A stretch of 64,000 bases of DNA from an uncultured Gemmatimonadota bacterium (lineage in GTDB: Bacteria > SM23-81 > DAOVCL01). The stretch covers positions 64,001 through 128,000 of the forward strand of contig CAZVGK010000001.1 of assembly GCA_964626665.1 (NCBI GenBank). The letters are read 5' to 3'. Shown here piece by piece: positions 40,481-50,891 of the stretch. The first letter of the stretch is position 1, and the number at the start of each line of letters is the position of its first letter. The position numbers and the translations under genes were made by a program. The notes under the pieces are model-generated. The model did not search any database, was not told the DNA's origin, and worked only from the letters and a program-made list of their open reading frames with translations.

Positions 40481-40744
40481 TCAACTCCTGTATATCTCTT
40501 TCCGGTGTCGGACGGTATAGAGAATAATTTGGTCGCCCTCAATGTCGTACCTGATGCGGTAGGGCCAGGCCACCCAACGCCATCTGGCAAAGGGTTTGGC
40601 TTTTAGTTTTCGCCCTTGATAAGGGTCCTTGAGCAGGGAATCTAAGGCCCGGTCCACCTTTTTCCGATCATTGGGGGCGACCTTCTTTTTTAGATCTCTC
40701 AAGAAAGTGTCTGTGGGAACCAGCTTAAATTTGGCTTTAAGCAT
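40481..40744 (-). CDS. RelE/ParE family toxin
   Basis: FLRDLKK..DPYQGRKL..YRIRY..VRHRKEIY. Confidence 0.88.
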   Translation of the reverse strand: MLKAKFKLVPTDTFLRDLKKKVAPNDRKKVDRALDSLLKDPYQGRKLKAKPFARWRWVAWPYRIRYDIEGDQIILYTVRHRKEIYRS

Positions 40745-40747
40745 CTC

Positions 40748-41044
40748 TTAGGTATGTAAGATCTTTTTAATCTCCTCTGCTGTCCCCACTTTACCTTGTT
40801 CAAATTCCAGCCTTGCTTTTTCTAAGTCTTTTTGAAACTTAGAGTCTAACTCCTCAGCCATGGTATCAACCATATCCAGTAAATTCTCGTAATCTTCCAC
40901 AGCTAACATAACCGCCGCAGGTTTTTCCAGTTTGGTAATCAAATAAGGTTGATGACCATAACTTACTGTATCCAGAATTTCTCCTAAGTTGTTGCGTGCT
41001 TTTTTAGCACTAACAGTTTTGGGGGTTTTAAACATAGGTTTCAA
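40748..41044 (-). CDS. Phd/YefM family antitoxin
   Basis: VSAKKARNNLGEILD..ITKLEKPAAVML; upstream TTGACA-17-TATATC. Confidence 0.88.
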   Translation of the reverse strand: MKPMFKTPKTVSAKKARNNLGEILDTVSYGHQPYLITKLEKPAAVMLAVEDYENLLDMVDTMAEELDSKFQKDLEKARLEFEQGKVGTAEEIKKILHT

Positions 41045-41219
41045 TTTAATCCTCCTTGCTTAGGTGTGGAGTTTACCTACTTTCAAGATATAAAATATTC
41101 CCCAGGGTGTCAAGGATTTTCAAACAAAAAAATATGGAAGTTCATCTGGTTCACCTCTAATTTCGTTGATGGCATAAATCATTTATTTTCAGAAGGTTTT
41201 TGTCAGGCTATAAAATAGC

Positions 41220-41556
41220 AACCTCCCGCAGATTTGACATCTGCGGGAGGTTTAACATTCTTGCTCAGCTTGATAGTATAGGCAATTCCATTTTGAACGC
41301 AGATTTTGCATGTCATTGCGAGCGCGGCGAAGCAATGTCTCATTTAGTGTCATTGCGAACGAAGTGAAGCAATCTCCAAGGGATTGCTTCATCCCGATTT
41401 CATCGGGATTCGCAACGACTTCGTCGGATTGCTTCGGCCAGTTCCCTCGTTCACACTCGGGACAAGCCTCGCAATGACACTTGAGATATCAATATGCAAA
41501 TTATAATGTGTCCCTGAGTAATCCTAAAGATCTGCGTTAATCTGCGTCCCATAAAG
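41220..41556. repeat. Nested palindromic repeat cluster
   Basis: AACCTCCCGCAGAT hairpin; two GTCATTGCGA..GCAAT units with an inverse GCAATGACA; ACGCAGAT...ATCTGCGT outer frame. Confidence 0.75.
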
Positions 41557-41577
41557 TCCGCTCGCAGGAAGCTAAGT

Positions 41578-43743
41578 TCAAAAGAGCGATCTTAATTCGG
41601 ATGGAGTGAAGTCGCTCTTTCCTTCATCCGAGATGTGGATGGCCCTGCCGTGAAGGAGAAATATGACCTCATCCCCCAGAGCAAGGAACCTTCCCACATC
41701 CGGAACCTTGCTTAGGAGTTTGAAATAGGCTTCCGAGAATCTTTTTATCTTTACTGTCTCTACCTTTCCCTCGTATGCGGTATCCACCCAGAGCCCGTTT
41801 TTGTTGAAGAAAGTCCTGTTTCCAACCTGAACCACCTTGGTTATTCTCTGCTCTTTCCCTTCCGCGTCCAGATATTCCTGGGGAGCCGTGAGGGCACTTT
41901 GATAAGCCGTTATTGCCATGGTTCGGTTCACCGCTCCTGCGCCCACCTCCTTTTTTAATCCTCTTTGCAAGTGTCTCTCCGCCTGGGGAGCCAATTCGTC
42001 AACAGCCAATCTATAATCGGCACCCACCAGAAAGGAGGTATATTCAGTGATGATGCCATATTTTTTGGATAACCTCACTACCTCATCCACCAACTCCTTG
42101 TTTTGACCATGAAGCCTTAATTGATCAATTAGATACCCGATCCTTCTGGTCGCCCAGAGTCGAGGGATAAAGTCGTTTTTGTCATCCGGTGAGAAGTTCA
42201 CCTTATAGGTGAATCTTCTGGTGGTTCCCTGGGTGGAGCCGGATAGCGTCACTTTGGTATGCCCTCCATTCCTGTATCTCCCCAGCACCAGAAGTTGCGT
42301 CCCCTTGAATATATCCGGCAGCTCTTGGGGGTAGAGATCATAGACTTTAACATCGCCAAAGGAAAGGTTAACATCTGTCAGAATTGGGTGGGAAACCTTC
42401 TTATAGAAGCTGGAGACCTTCACCTCGATATCCTCGGATGGGCGAACATAATCGGAGGTGGCGTGATTATCCTGGGCCAGTCGATCTAAAAGCCTGGTGT
42501 TCACATCATATCCCACTCCGAATACAAATATCCTGGTTGCGGATCGGTTCGCTTTTTTCACATTTCCCAAGATATTCCTGATGTCTGTCTCCCCCACTGT
42601 GGGCAGACCATCGGTCAAGAAGATGATGAAGGAGAGGTTATCATCCCCTGCCACCTGTCTGAGACTGATGAGAAGTGCATCATTTATGTTGGTTCCACCC
42701 TTTGCCTCACATCCCTCTACGAAGGAAAGCCCCTCCCGGATATTCTCATGATCTGCCCCCGCCAATTCAGGCTTGAAGTTTCTGATCTGGTCATCAAAAT
42801 CGATTATGTTGAAACAGTCCCCTTTATACAAGCTGTTCAAACAGAAAGAGAGGGCGCCCTTGGCTTGTTTTATCTTCTCTCCACTCATGCTCCCTGAGGT
42901 ATCGAGAATGAAGATTATGTTTTTGCTTAAGGTCTTATCCGCAGGAACTTCCACCTGGGGAGAGATCATAGCTAAAAAGTAACCGTTTTTATCCTCATCC
43001 TGGTAGGGAAGAAGATCAAAGCCAATATCCCTCTCTGAAACGGTATAATAAAGGAAAAAATCCTTGTCCGGACGAGTGTTTTCCTCCACATAGGTTATTT
43101 TGGCACGGTGATCGCTCTCTTTTTCAATTCTTATATTATGCGAAGGGGAATAGATGCTCTTTATGGGCTTTTTCGAATTTATCTCCACATTGAGCTTCAC
43201 GCTCTGCAAGGGGTCCCGAGAGAATTTCTCGGTGTTTAAGGTGTAGCGATAGCCGCATATTCCCCTGGTTAGCTTCAGAATTTCGGAATAATGTAATCTT
43301 ATGCGGGTTTCGCCGTTGGCTGGAATGGGGTAGACCGACGCCTTGAACATCCCGTCTTTGAAATATTCCAGAAGGGCGGGGTCTCTCTTTCTCCGGACTA
43401 TATCCTCGTAGATCCTGCGGGCTTCATTTTTGCCTAATACCTTCCCCCTGACCTCCTCATTTCCCACAAACATAGAGAAGTCTGAGATAGAAGCGCCTTC
43501 CGGTATGGGGAAGATGTAGGTCCCCTCAATGTCCCTATGAAAGTTGTTGATGAAAACCTGGTCCACCGCCGTCTGGGCAACCTGGTTGTCGATCTTTACC
43601 TGCACATGATGGTATTTTATGGATAGATTGGGGGGGAAAGGTTCATAGGGGCGCGGGGGCCGGGGAATGATGAATCCATCAGCCAGCACAAGCGAGCTGA
43701 GGAACAAAACTAAAATCAAGCTTAAGCCACATATCTTTTTCAT
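41578..43743 (-). CDS. Secreted VIT plus vWA domain protein
   Basis: Signal peptide, EGTYIFPIP (VIT), MIDAS DTSGS, FLTDG. Confidence 0.92.
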   Translation of the reverse strand: MKKICGLSLILVLFLSSLVLADGFIIPRPPRPYEPFPPNLSIKYHHVQVKIDNQVAQTAVDQVFINNFHRDIEGTYIFPIPEGASISDFSMFVGNEEVRGKVLGKNEARRIYEDIVRRKRDPALLEYFKDGMFKASVYPIPANGETRIRLHYSEILKLTRGICGYRYTLNTEKFSRDPLQSVKLNVEINSKKPIKSIYSPSHNIRIEKESDHRAKITYVEENTRPDKDFFLYYTVSERDIGFDLLPYQDEDKNGYFLAMISPQVEVPADKTLSKNIIFILDTSGSMSGEKIKQAKGALSFCLNSLYKGDCFNIIDFDDQIRNFKPELAGADHENIREGLSFVEGCEAKGGTNINDALLISLRQVAGDDNLSFIIFLTDGLPTVGETDIRNILGNVKKANRSATRIFVFGVGYDVNTRLLDRLAQDNHATSDYVRPSEDIEVKVSSFYKKVSHPILTDVNLSFGDVKVYDLYPQELPDIFKGTQLLVLGRYRNGGHTKVTLSGSTQGTTRRFTYKVNFSPDDKNDFIPRLWATRRIGYLIDQLRLHGQNKELVDEVVRLSKKYGIITEYTSFLVGADYRLAVDELAPQAERHLQRGLKKEVGAGAVNRTMAITAYQSALTAPQEYLDAEGKEQRITKVVQVGNRTFFNKNGLWVDTAYEGKVETVKIKRFSEAYFKLLSKVPDVGRFLALGDEVIFLLHGRAIHISDEGKSDFTPSELRSLF

Positions 43744-43786
43744 AACCGCCTCCTTTCAAGGACTTCACCACAAAACATGCTATAAC

Positions 43787-44102
43787 CACAGCGCGGCAAA
43801 GCCGCAATCAAACAGTAGCCACAGATTACACGGATTTCACTGAATCTTTGGAACACGAATAAACGAATCTACACGAATAGATAATTTACCACGGAAATTC
43901 ACGGAATCTCACGGGGAAAAGGTAATTGAGAATCAAAGATTTAGACGGATTTCACGAATAGTAAAGAAGATACTTGAGACTTCAGGCTTTCACCTTCTAA
44001 GTGAAAAACAGGTTTTGAATTCAATTCCTGTAAGTACCCTTATTTTGTACATCTTGTGATAATCTTGTGGAATCTCGTGGTTTCTTAATGCATAATCTGG
44101 GT
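43787..44102 (-). repeat. Dispersed modular non-coding element, copy B
   Basis: Reverse complement starts CCCAGATTATGCATTAAGAAACCAC and ends TTGCGGCTTTGCCGCGCTGT. Confidence 0.8.
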
Positions 44103-44120
44103 TAATGTTCAATCTATCTT

Positions 44121-44150
44121 TTATACAATTCAGAAGAGGGGAATATTCCC
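44121..44150 (-). promoter_or_regulatory. Putative ECF-sigma promoter of the vWA gene
   Basis: GGGAATA-17-GTAT, same as upstream of the ECF sigma gene. Confidence 0.65.
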
Positions 44151-44157
44151 CAAAAAT

Positions 44158-45345
44158 TCATCTTTTCCTCAATGTCTCTATTTTTTTCAGTTGGTCACTT
44201 AATTGGGCCTTGATCTTCGGGTCTTTGGTCTGATTAAGATATTCCCCTATGAGTTTTGAGCCTGCAGAGATATCTGTGGTATCCTGGGTAAGCCTACCCA
44301 AGAGATAGTAACCGATCGCCACCTGAAGATAGCCCTGATTGGCCAATGAGTCGCCGGGATTTTCCTCAATGTAGGTCTTCCATACTTGGATAATTTTTAT
44401 CAATTTATCCACCTGCATCAATGTGTCGTTGGGTTCTACTCTCGGGACCCTCATTTTATCCACTACATAATGACCCAAAGCCGAAGAGGGACCATAGACT
44501 GAATCGGCAGTAATAACCTCGCCTGCTGGCTTTTCAGTTCCCCCCCTTTGGTTAACCCCTTCAATCCTTTGGCTCTTAGCCCTAACCTCTTTCCTCATTC
44601 CTCCTCCGCTGGGTTTTACCTCCCGGGACAAAGATTCTTTTTTTGACGGTCTTGCAGCCTCCATAATGCCTTCATACTTCGTAATGGGTACAAGGGAAGG
44701 GGGTGCTTTTTCTTCGGCAACCTTTGGTTGGGGGATGGTTTTCTCCTTCCTTAACATAGTCTCCCTTTTATTAACCGCTCCCTCTGAGGAAATGGCCTTC
44801 TCTTTTGTTTCATCCGTAGTGATGGATTTCGTTTCTTTCTGGAGTTTTTCAGAGTATATTTTCTTTTCTCCCTCCTCTGTGGGAAATGCCTTGCCCTTTC
44901 CCATTCCCCTGGTATCAAAACCTGGTATTTCAACAGGTCTCATGACAGGTGCCGGTGGTGTTATCCTTCCCCCGTGATATTCCATATACATTTTTCCGAT
45001 GATGAAGACCAACACAACCGCTACCAGGCCGGCTGCTATCTTTATCTTAAATGGGGAGAAGGTAAGGATATTCTCCATAAGCTTTCTGAATCTGACTGCA
45101 GGTGACCTTTCTTTTCGGACAATGATCTTCTCCCTTACCCGGCTGGAGAAGCTTTCCCAGTATTCCTGCGGTGGCTCTTTTACTTCAATTTTTTTCGCTT
45201 TCCCTTCTACCGCTTCCCAAAGGGACAGTTTCTCCTGGCATCTTTTGCACTGAGAAAGATGCTTCTGGAGTTTCCTCTTTTCTCTTTGGTTTAGCCTCCC
45301 ATCCAGGAAAAGGTAAATCAGCTTGTCAAACCCTTTGCATCTCAA
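44158..45345 (-). CDS. zf-HC2 anti-sigma factor, membrane anchored
   Basis: HLSQCKRC (HxxxCxxC), one TM helix, long extracytoplasmic tail. Confidence 0.88.
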   Translation of the reverse strand: MRCKGFDKLIYLFLDGRLNQREKRKLQKHLSQCKRCQEKLSLWEAVEGKAKKIEVKEPPQEYWESFSSRVREKIIVRKERSPAVRFRKLMENILTFSPFKIKIAAGLVAVVLVFIIGKMYMEYHGGRITPPAPVMRPVEIPGFDTRGMGKGKAFPTEEGEKKIYSEKLQKETKSITTDETKEKAISSEGAVNKRETMLRKEKTIPQPKVAEEKAPPSLVPITKYEGIMEAARPSKKESLSREVKPSGGGMRKEVRAKSQRIEGVNQRGGTEKPAGEVITADSVYGPSSALGHYVVDKMRVPRVEPNDTLMQVDKLIKIIQVWKTYIEENPGDSLANQGYLQVAIGYYLLGRLTQDTTDISAGSKLIGEYLNQTKDPKIKAQLSDQLKKIETLRKR

Positions 45346-45359
45346 CTTGACCCCCCTTA

Positions 45360-45700
45360 TCTCAGATTATGGTCAGGAAACCACAAGATTTCACGAGATT
45401 GTCACAAGACATTAAAAACAACGAGTTCAAGAAAAATTGAATTCAAACCCTTCTTTCGCCTAAAAGATAAGCCCTCTTATTCTTAAAGATTCTTGTGTAA
45501 TCTGTACTACAATTTTGCAAGAACTTGTTTTGTGAGCAAAGTTTTTCAGGTTTTCTTGGCGAAAAGCGTTAAAAATCAAAGAATTACCTATGGTATTTTC
45601 CGTGAGGTTCTGAGGTAAATCGTTATGATCTTCTTATCTATTCGTGTTATTCGTGTTCTGCAATTTGTGGCCTTGTTTGGTTGCGGCTCTGCCGCGCTGT
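45360..45700 (+). repeat. Dispersed modular non-coding element, copy C
   Basis: CAGATTATG..GAAACCACAAG start; TTGCGGCTCTGCCGCGCTGT end. Confidence 0.8.
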
Positions 45701-45712
45701 GAAAATCCGTGC

Positions 45713-46321
45713 TTATCTGTGGTTTATGTATGTTTTGGGCTTGTATTCCTTTAACATCTTCTGCATCTTTTCCCTGGCCCTGAAGAGCCGGGACATCACC
45801 GTTCCCAAAGATACCTTCAGAGATTTAGCGATCTCCTCATAGCTTAGATCATCGTATATCCTCAATACCAACACGGCTTTATATTTTGGCGAAAGGGAAT
45901 CTATGGCCTTCTCTATCTTATTTTCCAGTTCCTTTAGGGCCAAGTGATTTGAGGGATCTGACCCGGCTGTCTCCCTCTCCAATGGGCTTGAGGTCTCTGC
46001 AAATTGGCTCTCCGATAGCACGAACTTCTCACGCTTCAGGTAATTTATGCTCAAGTTCACACATATCCGGTATAGCCAGGTATAGAAATTATATCCGGCC
46101 TTGAAGGATTTGATACTTTTGAATGCATTGATGAAGGTTTCCTGGGCAATATCGTCTGCGGCATCATGATTTTTAACCATACGATAAGCTAAGAAATAGA
46201 CTCTTTTCTGATAACGTTTCACTAATAAATCAAAGGAATATAAGTCACCTTCCTTAACTTTGGAAATCAGCTTATCGTCATTTTGGTGGTTGAAAGACGC
46301 TCGCTCGTCATTTTTGTTCAT
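45713..46321 (-). CDS. ECF RNA polymerase sigma factor (RpoE/SigW-like)
   Basis: DIAQETF, FYTWLYRI, LSYEEIA..GTVMSRLFRAR. Confidence 0.95.
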   Translation of the reverse strand: MNKNDERASFNHQNDDKLISKVKEGDLYSFDLLVKRYQKRVYFLAYRMVKNHDAADDIAQETFINAFKSIKSFKAGYNFYTWLYRICVNLSINYLKREKFVLSESQFAETSSPLERETAGSDPSNHLALKELENKIEKAIDSLSPKYKAVLVLRIYDDLSYEEIAKSLKVSLGTVMSRLFRAREKMQKMLKEYKPKTYINHR

Positions 46322-46339
46322 TGGCACTACCACCTAATA

Positions 46340-46369
46340 GAATACAAATTAAATTTAAAAATTATTCCC
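46340..46369 (-). promoter_or_regulatory. Putative autoregulatory ECF promoter
   Basis: GGGAATA-17-GTAT. Confidence 0.65.
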
Positions 46370-46799
46370 TGAAATCTTGGGCCCTTCGTTTTTTTTTTGG
46401 GAATAGGTGATGTTTTTAATTGGGACGCAGATTTTCGCCGATAACCGCAGAAAGTTAAAATCCTGACAATCTGCGTTTATCTGTGTCCAAAAAGGAATTT
46501 CCTCTTTTTTCAAGTTAGTTCATCAAGATATGATTGTCAATAGGAAAGGGTTCTCTGGTTGTAGGACATCGTATTTAGTCGCTTTACAAGATGATCGATA
46601 GTAGTAGTTATGAGGGTAAATCAGGGATTGGGAGCGAACATTTTTAGGGGGAGCCCATCTACCGTTTCTGGTAGGTGCCTGTCCTGAGGGAGAAGAACAT
46701 TGGAAGCGTCCTCAAGATAGATGCTTGGTTAGTTTCTTTCTCTTCCTCAAAAAAATGCTTGACCACTGGCTCAGTATTTGTTATTTTAGTCTAAACCGG

Positions 46800-46873
46800 G
46801 GGCCCATAGCTCAGTTGGTTAGAGCGGCTGACCCATAATCAGTAGGTCCTAGGTTCGAGTCCTAGTGGGCCCA
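46800..46873 (+). tRNA. tRNA with CAT anticodon, most likely tRNA-Ile2
   Basis: Cloverleaf with GGGCCCA/TGGGCCC acceptor stem and TTCGA T-loop; anticodon loop CCCATAA; CCA not encoded. Confidence 0.88.
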
Positions 46874-46880
46874 TTAAGCT

Positions 46881-46954
46881 GGGCGATTAGCTCAGCCGGT
46901 TAGAGCGCTTGTTTCACATACAAGAGGTCACTGGTTCGAATCCAGTATCGCCCA
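46881..46954 (+). tRNA. tRNA-Val(CAC)
   Basis: GGGCGAT/ATCGCCC acceptor stem; CTTGT-TTCACAT-ACAAG anticodon arm. Confidence 0.95.
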
Positions 46955-47071
46955 TTGTTTGAACAAAGAGGGGAGGGAATAGTGAGGATACCATTTTGGA
47001 CAATATCTTGTGGAGGAAAATTTGGTTAAAGTGCACCTGGGTGCACTTTTTCTTTTGTGAAAGGGGGGTAG

Positions 47072-47782
47072 ATGTGGGAAGAGCTGAAGAGGCTCCTCCA
47101 GTTGCAGGAGATGGATGATGAGCTCTCATCATTGGAGAGGGCCAAAGTGGAGTTGCCTAAGAGGATCCAGGCCCTGGAGGAGAGGATAAAGGAAGCCAGC
47201 CAGAAGTTGGATGATGGGAAAGCTATCTTGGAGGAGCTGAAGAGGAAGAAGAGACATTCGGAGCTGGAGCTGAGGGATGCCGAGGCGGGGTTGAAGGAGT
47301 TACAGGAAAAGGTCTATGAGATAAAAACCAACAAGGAGTATGATGCCCTACAAAGTGAGACAGGGAGTAAAAAGGAGGAGATATCCAACTCCGAAGAGGA
47401 GATATTGACCCTGATGAGCCAGATAGAGGAGACGGAGGAGGAGATTGAAAAACAGGAAGGTGAGTTCGCCACGATCTCTCAGGAGAGCGGGGCTGAGTTG
47501 GAGGCCCAGAAAAGGGAGCTGGCCACCTTAGAGGAGAAGATCGCCATAAAACAAGGGGAAAGAAAGAATATAGTGGTCCGTGTCTCGCGGAAGAACCTCT
47601 CCACCTATGAAAGGATAAGCAAGGGGAAGGATGGGTTAGCCGTGGTTAGGATAAGAAAGGGGGCCTGCGGTGGCTGTTTTAAATCCCTCCCTCCCCAGAA
47701 ACTTCAGGAGATAAGGAGGAAAGATCGGCTGATAACTTGTGAAAACTGTGGTCGCATTTTGGTTTGGGATCAGGAAGATTAA
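47072..47782 (+). CDS. Coiled-coil C4 zinc-ribbon domain protein
   Basis: LQLQEMD, long coiled coil, CGGC...CENCGRIL. Confidence 0.92.
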   Translation: MWEELKRLLQLQEMDDELSSLERAKVELPKRIQALEERIKEASQKLDDGKAILEELKRKKRHSELELRDAEAGLKELQEKVYEIKTNKEYDALQSETGSKKEEISNSEEEILTLMSQIEETEEEIEKQEGEFATISQESGAELEAQKRELATLEEKIAIKQGERKNIVVRVSRKNLSTYERISKGKDGLAVVRIRKGACGGCFKSLPPQKLQEIRRKDRLITCENCGRILVWDQED

Positions 47783-48213
47783 TGGGCAAACATTTAGTGG
47801 CCTATGTAGATGGGGCCTGCCGGGGGAATCCCGGGGAAGGTGGGGTGGGAGTCCTCTTCCAGGACGAAAAAGGCACCACCCTTTTTAAAGCCTACAAGTA
47901 TATTGGGAAGGTTACCAATAACATCGCTGAATATCGCGCCCTTATCTTGGCCTTAGAGAAGGCCCAGAAATTCAGGGCAAAATCGCTTACCGTCTATTCT
48001 GACAGCCAGCTTATCGTAAACCAGGTAAATGGGGATTATCGGGTAAGGGATACCAAGCTTAAGCCCCTTCTCAGGGAAGCCCTATTCTTGATCAGGAAGT
48101 TTCAGGGGGTTGAGGTTAAGTCAATAGGTAGGGATAAGAATAAATTGGCTGACTCCCTGGCCAATAGGGCCATCGATACCAAAGGAGAAGAGGAATACCT
48201 TTTAGATGAATGA
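47782..48213 (+). CDS. rnhA: Ribonuclease HI family protein
   Basis: [27 protein letters not shown]. Confidence 0.93.
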   Translation: MGKHLVAYVDGACRGNPGEGGVGVLFQDEKGTTLFKAYKYIGKVTNNIAEYRALILALEKAQKFRAKSLTVYSDSQLIVNQVNGDYRVRDTKLKPLLREALFLIRKFQGVEVKSIGRDKNKLADSLANRAIDTKGEEEYLLDE

Positions 48214-49663
48214 CAAGAAATCGCTAAAAATGGGGTTGGCATTTGATGATGTTCTCCTATTGCCGGCCAAGTCCCGCGTGCTTCCCAGGGAGGCGAATCT
48301 GCGCACAGTCCTGGCTGGCCAGATAGAGCTTAATCTGCCCATAATAAGCGCAGCTATGGATACGGTGACTGAAGCCGGGATGGCCATAGCTATGGCTCAG
48401 GAAGGGGGGATGGGGATCATCCACCGCAATATGTCCATAGAGAAACAGGCCGCAGAAGTTGCTCGGGTGAAGAGGTCGGAGAGCTGGATTATCTTAGATC
48501 CAATTACCCTCTCCCCTGAGGAGAAGATCGGCCGGGCCCTGAAGGTGATGAAGGAGGCAGGCATCTCCGGTGTGCCTATAACCGAAGGAAAGAGGTTGGT
48601 AGGGGTTCTCACCAACAGGGATCTGAGGTTTGAGGGGGACAGGGAGAGGCCCATTTCTGAGGTGATGACCAAGGAGAACCTGATCACTGCCCCTATGGGG
48701 ATTGGCTTGGAGGAGGCCAAGGGGTTGCTCCACAAATACAGGATAGAAAAGCTCCCTGTGGTGGATGGAGAGGGGAACCTTAAGGGCCTGATAACGGTTA
48801 AGGATATAATGAAGGGGATCGAGCATCCTTTGGCCTGTAAGGATAACCAGGGGAGGTTGCGGGTAGGGGCAGCCATAGGGGTCTCCTCCGGGACGATGGA
48901 GAGGGCGGAGAGGTTGCATCGGGCGGGGGTTGACTGCTTAGTGGTGGATACCGCCCACGGACATTCCCTAATGGTCCTGCGTATAGTGGAAGAGCTGAAG
49001 GCTGCCTTCCCTCATCTTCCCCTTATCGCTGGTAATGTGGCTACCGGGGAAGGGGTGGAGGATCTGATCAGAGCGGGTGCTGATGGGGTTAAGGTGGGTG
49101 TGGGACCAGGCTCCATTTGCACCACCCGGGTGGTGACCGGAGTGGGCGTGCCCCAGTTCACCGCCATCAGGGATTGCAGCCAGGTGGCTCAAAGCTATCA
49201 AATACCCCTGATTGCTGACGGAGGGATAAGGCATTCCGGGGACATAACCAAGGCCCTGGCTGCTGGGGCGGACTCGGTGATGATCGGCAACCTTCTGGCC
49301 GGGACAGAGGAGAGCCCCGGGGGAAAGATCCTCTATGAGGGGAGGAGTTTTAAGCTATACCGAGGGATGGGTTCGGTGGAAGCAATGAAAGTTGGTTCCC
49401 AGGACAGATATTTCCAGGAGGGGGCAGAAAAATTTGTCCCCGAGGGGGTGGAGGGAAAAGTCCCCTATAAGGGATTGATTGCAGACCTTCTCTTTCAGTT
49501 GGTGGGAGGGGTAAAGGCCGGGATGGGTATGTGTGGGGCCAAAACGATTAGGGAATTTTGGGGTAAAGCCCGATTTATCCAGATAACAGGTGCAGGTCTC
49601 ATAGAAGGTCATCCACACAATGTATCTATCACCAAGGAGCCACCAAATTATAGCGTTCACTGA
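48206..49663 (+). CDS. guaB: IMP dehydrogenase
   Basis: [11 protein letters not shown] pair, [14 protein letters not shown]. Confidence 0.98.
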   Translation: MNDKKSLKMGLAFDDVLLLPAKSRVLPREANLRTVLAGQIELNLPIISAAMDTVTEAGMAIAMAQEGGMGIIHRNMSIEKQAAEVARVKRSESWIILDPITLSPEEKIGRALKVMKEAGISGVPITEGKRLVGVLTNRDLRFEGDRERPISEVMTKENLITAPMGIGLEEAKGLLHKYRIEKLPVVDGEGNLKGLITVKDIMKGIEHPLACKDNQGRLRVGAAIGVSSGTMERAERLHRAGVDCLVVDTAHGHSLMVLRIVEELKAAFPHLPLIAGNVATGEGVEDLIRAGADGVKVGVGPGSICTTRVVTGVGVPQFTAIRDCSQVAQSYQIPLIADGGIRHSGDITKALAAGADSVMIGNLLAGTEESPGGKILYEGRSFKLYRGMGSVEAMKVGSQDRYFQEGAEKFVPEGVEGKVPYKGLIADLLFQLVGGVKAGMGMCGAKTIREFWGKARFIQITGAGLIEGHPHNVSITKEPPNYSVH

Positions 49664-49677
49664 TTCAGGAGGGAAAT

Positions 49678-50247
49678 TTGTCTAAAGGTAAAGCAAGTTT
49701 AGGTTTGATAGTTGTCGTTGGCATAGTCTTGGTTGCTATCCTCTCGGGGATTGTTATCTACAATCGCCTGGTGAAGATGGATGAGACCATAAAGGAGGCC
49801 TGGGCTCAGGTGGAGAACCAGTTGGAGAGGAGATCCGATCTCATCCCAAATTTAGTCAACACGGTGAAAGGTTATGCCAAGCATGAGAAGGGAATATTCG
49901 AACACATCGCCGACGCCCGGGCCAGGTTGGCTGGAGCTCCTTCTCGTCCAGAGGCCATAAAGGCGGCCAATGAGCTCTCCGGACTCTTGGGTAGGCTCTT
50001 AGCCATAGCGGAGAACTATCCCCAATTGAAGGCAAACGAGACCTTTAATCGGCTGATGGATGAGCTGGCGGGGACGGAGAACAGAATCGCTGTAGAGAGA
50101 AAGAGATATAACGAGAAGGTGAGAGATTTCAACCGCACGATAAGGAGTTTTCCCACGAATCTAATAGCTGGAGGACTTGGCTTCCACCAGGAGGTCTACT
50201 TCCAGGCGCCGCCAGAGAAGAAAGGCGTCTCAGAGGTTAAATTTTGA
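49678..50247 (+). CDS. lemA: LemA family protein
   Basis: RRSDLIPNLV, ENYPQLKAN, TENRI. Confidence 0.95.
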   Translation: MSKGKASLGLIVVVGIVLVAILSGIVIYNRLVKMDETIKEAWAQVENQLERRSDLIPNLVNTVKGYAKHEKGIFEHIADARARLAGAPSRPEAIKAANELSGLLGRLLAIAENYPQLKANETFNRLMDELAGTENRIAVERKRYNEKVRDFNRTIRSFPTNLIAGGLGFHQEVYFQAPPEKKGVSEVKF

Positions 50248-50620
50248 AGGGGGGCGGCGATCGCCTCTTCCGAACGATAGGCAGGGGAGGAAAGTCCGAG
50301 CTCCACAGGGCAAGGTGCTGGGTAACGCCCAGGCCCTGACAGCCAAAGTTGTCGGGGACGGAAAGTGCCACAGAAAAGATACCACCCCGCACCTATCTGT
50401 AGTCAGATAGGTGCGGGGCAAGGGTGAAAAGGCGAGGTAAGAGCTCACCGCCCTGATGGTGACATCAGGGGCAGGGTAAACCCCACCTGGAGCAAGGCCA
50501 AATAGGGGAGGAGAGGTGGCCCGCCTCACTTGACTCCCGGGTAGGCCGCTTGAGCCTCGAAGCAATCCGGGGCCTAGATTGATGATCGCCCAAAACAGAA
50601 CTCGGCTTATGCCCCCCTTC
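50246..50620 (+). ncRNA. rnpB: RNase P RNA (type A)
   Basis: GAGGAAAGTCC, AGTGCCACAG, ACAGAACTCGGCTTA; P1 helix GAAGGGGGGC/GCCCCCCTTC. Confidence 0.97.
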
Positions 50621-50744
50621 AAAAAAACTTTATGGCAAAGGTTTTCATAACCCTATTTCTGTCCTTTTCAATGTTTGTTAGAATTTCAGGCAATTCCTAA
50701 CAATTTGGAATTTGGAAATTCTCCGATGGAGGGGCAAAAATAGG

Positions 50745-50773
50745 TTGACAAGTGAGGAGCAAAAGGGTATATT
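50745..50773 (+). promoter_or_regulatory. sigma70-type promoter
   Basis: TTGACA-17-TATATT. Confidence 0.7.
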
Positions 50774-50891
50774 TGGGTCTGTCTCCCCATATAGGGGCCG
50801 TTAGCTCCGTGGGGAATAGTTCGACATTTTTGGGAACCAATTGACCCTTTTTTCGTTTTATCTATTGAAACTGGGGAAAGGAGCTTTTGCG

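Noticed and set aside
46600-46740. Structured RNA upstream of the tRNAs
   Set aside because: Only two modest hairpins and no recognisable family motif or promoter.
46914-47132. 72-aa minus-strand ORF
   Set aside because: Antisense to tRNA-Val and the next gene; spurious.
50177-50622. ORFs of 77 aa (+) and 130 aa (-)
   Set aside because: Both are chance frames over the RNase P RNA.
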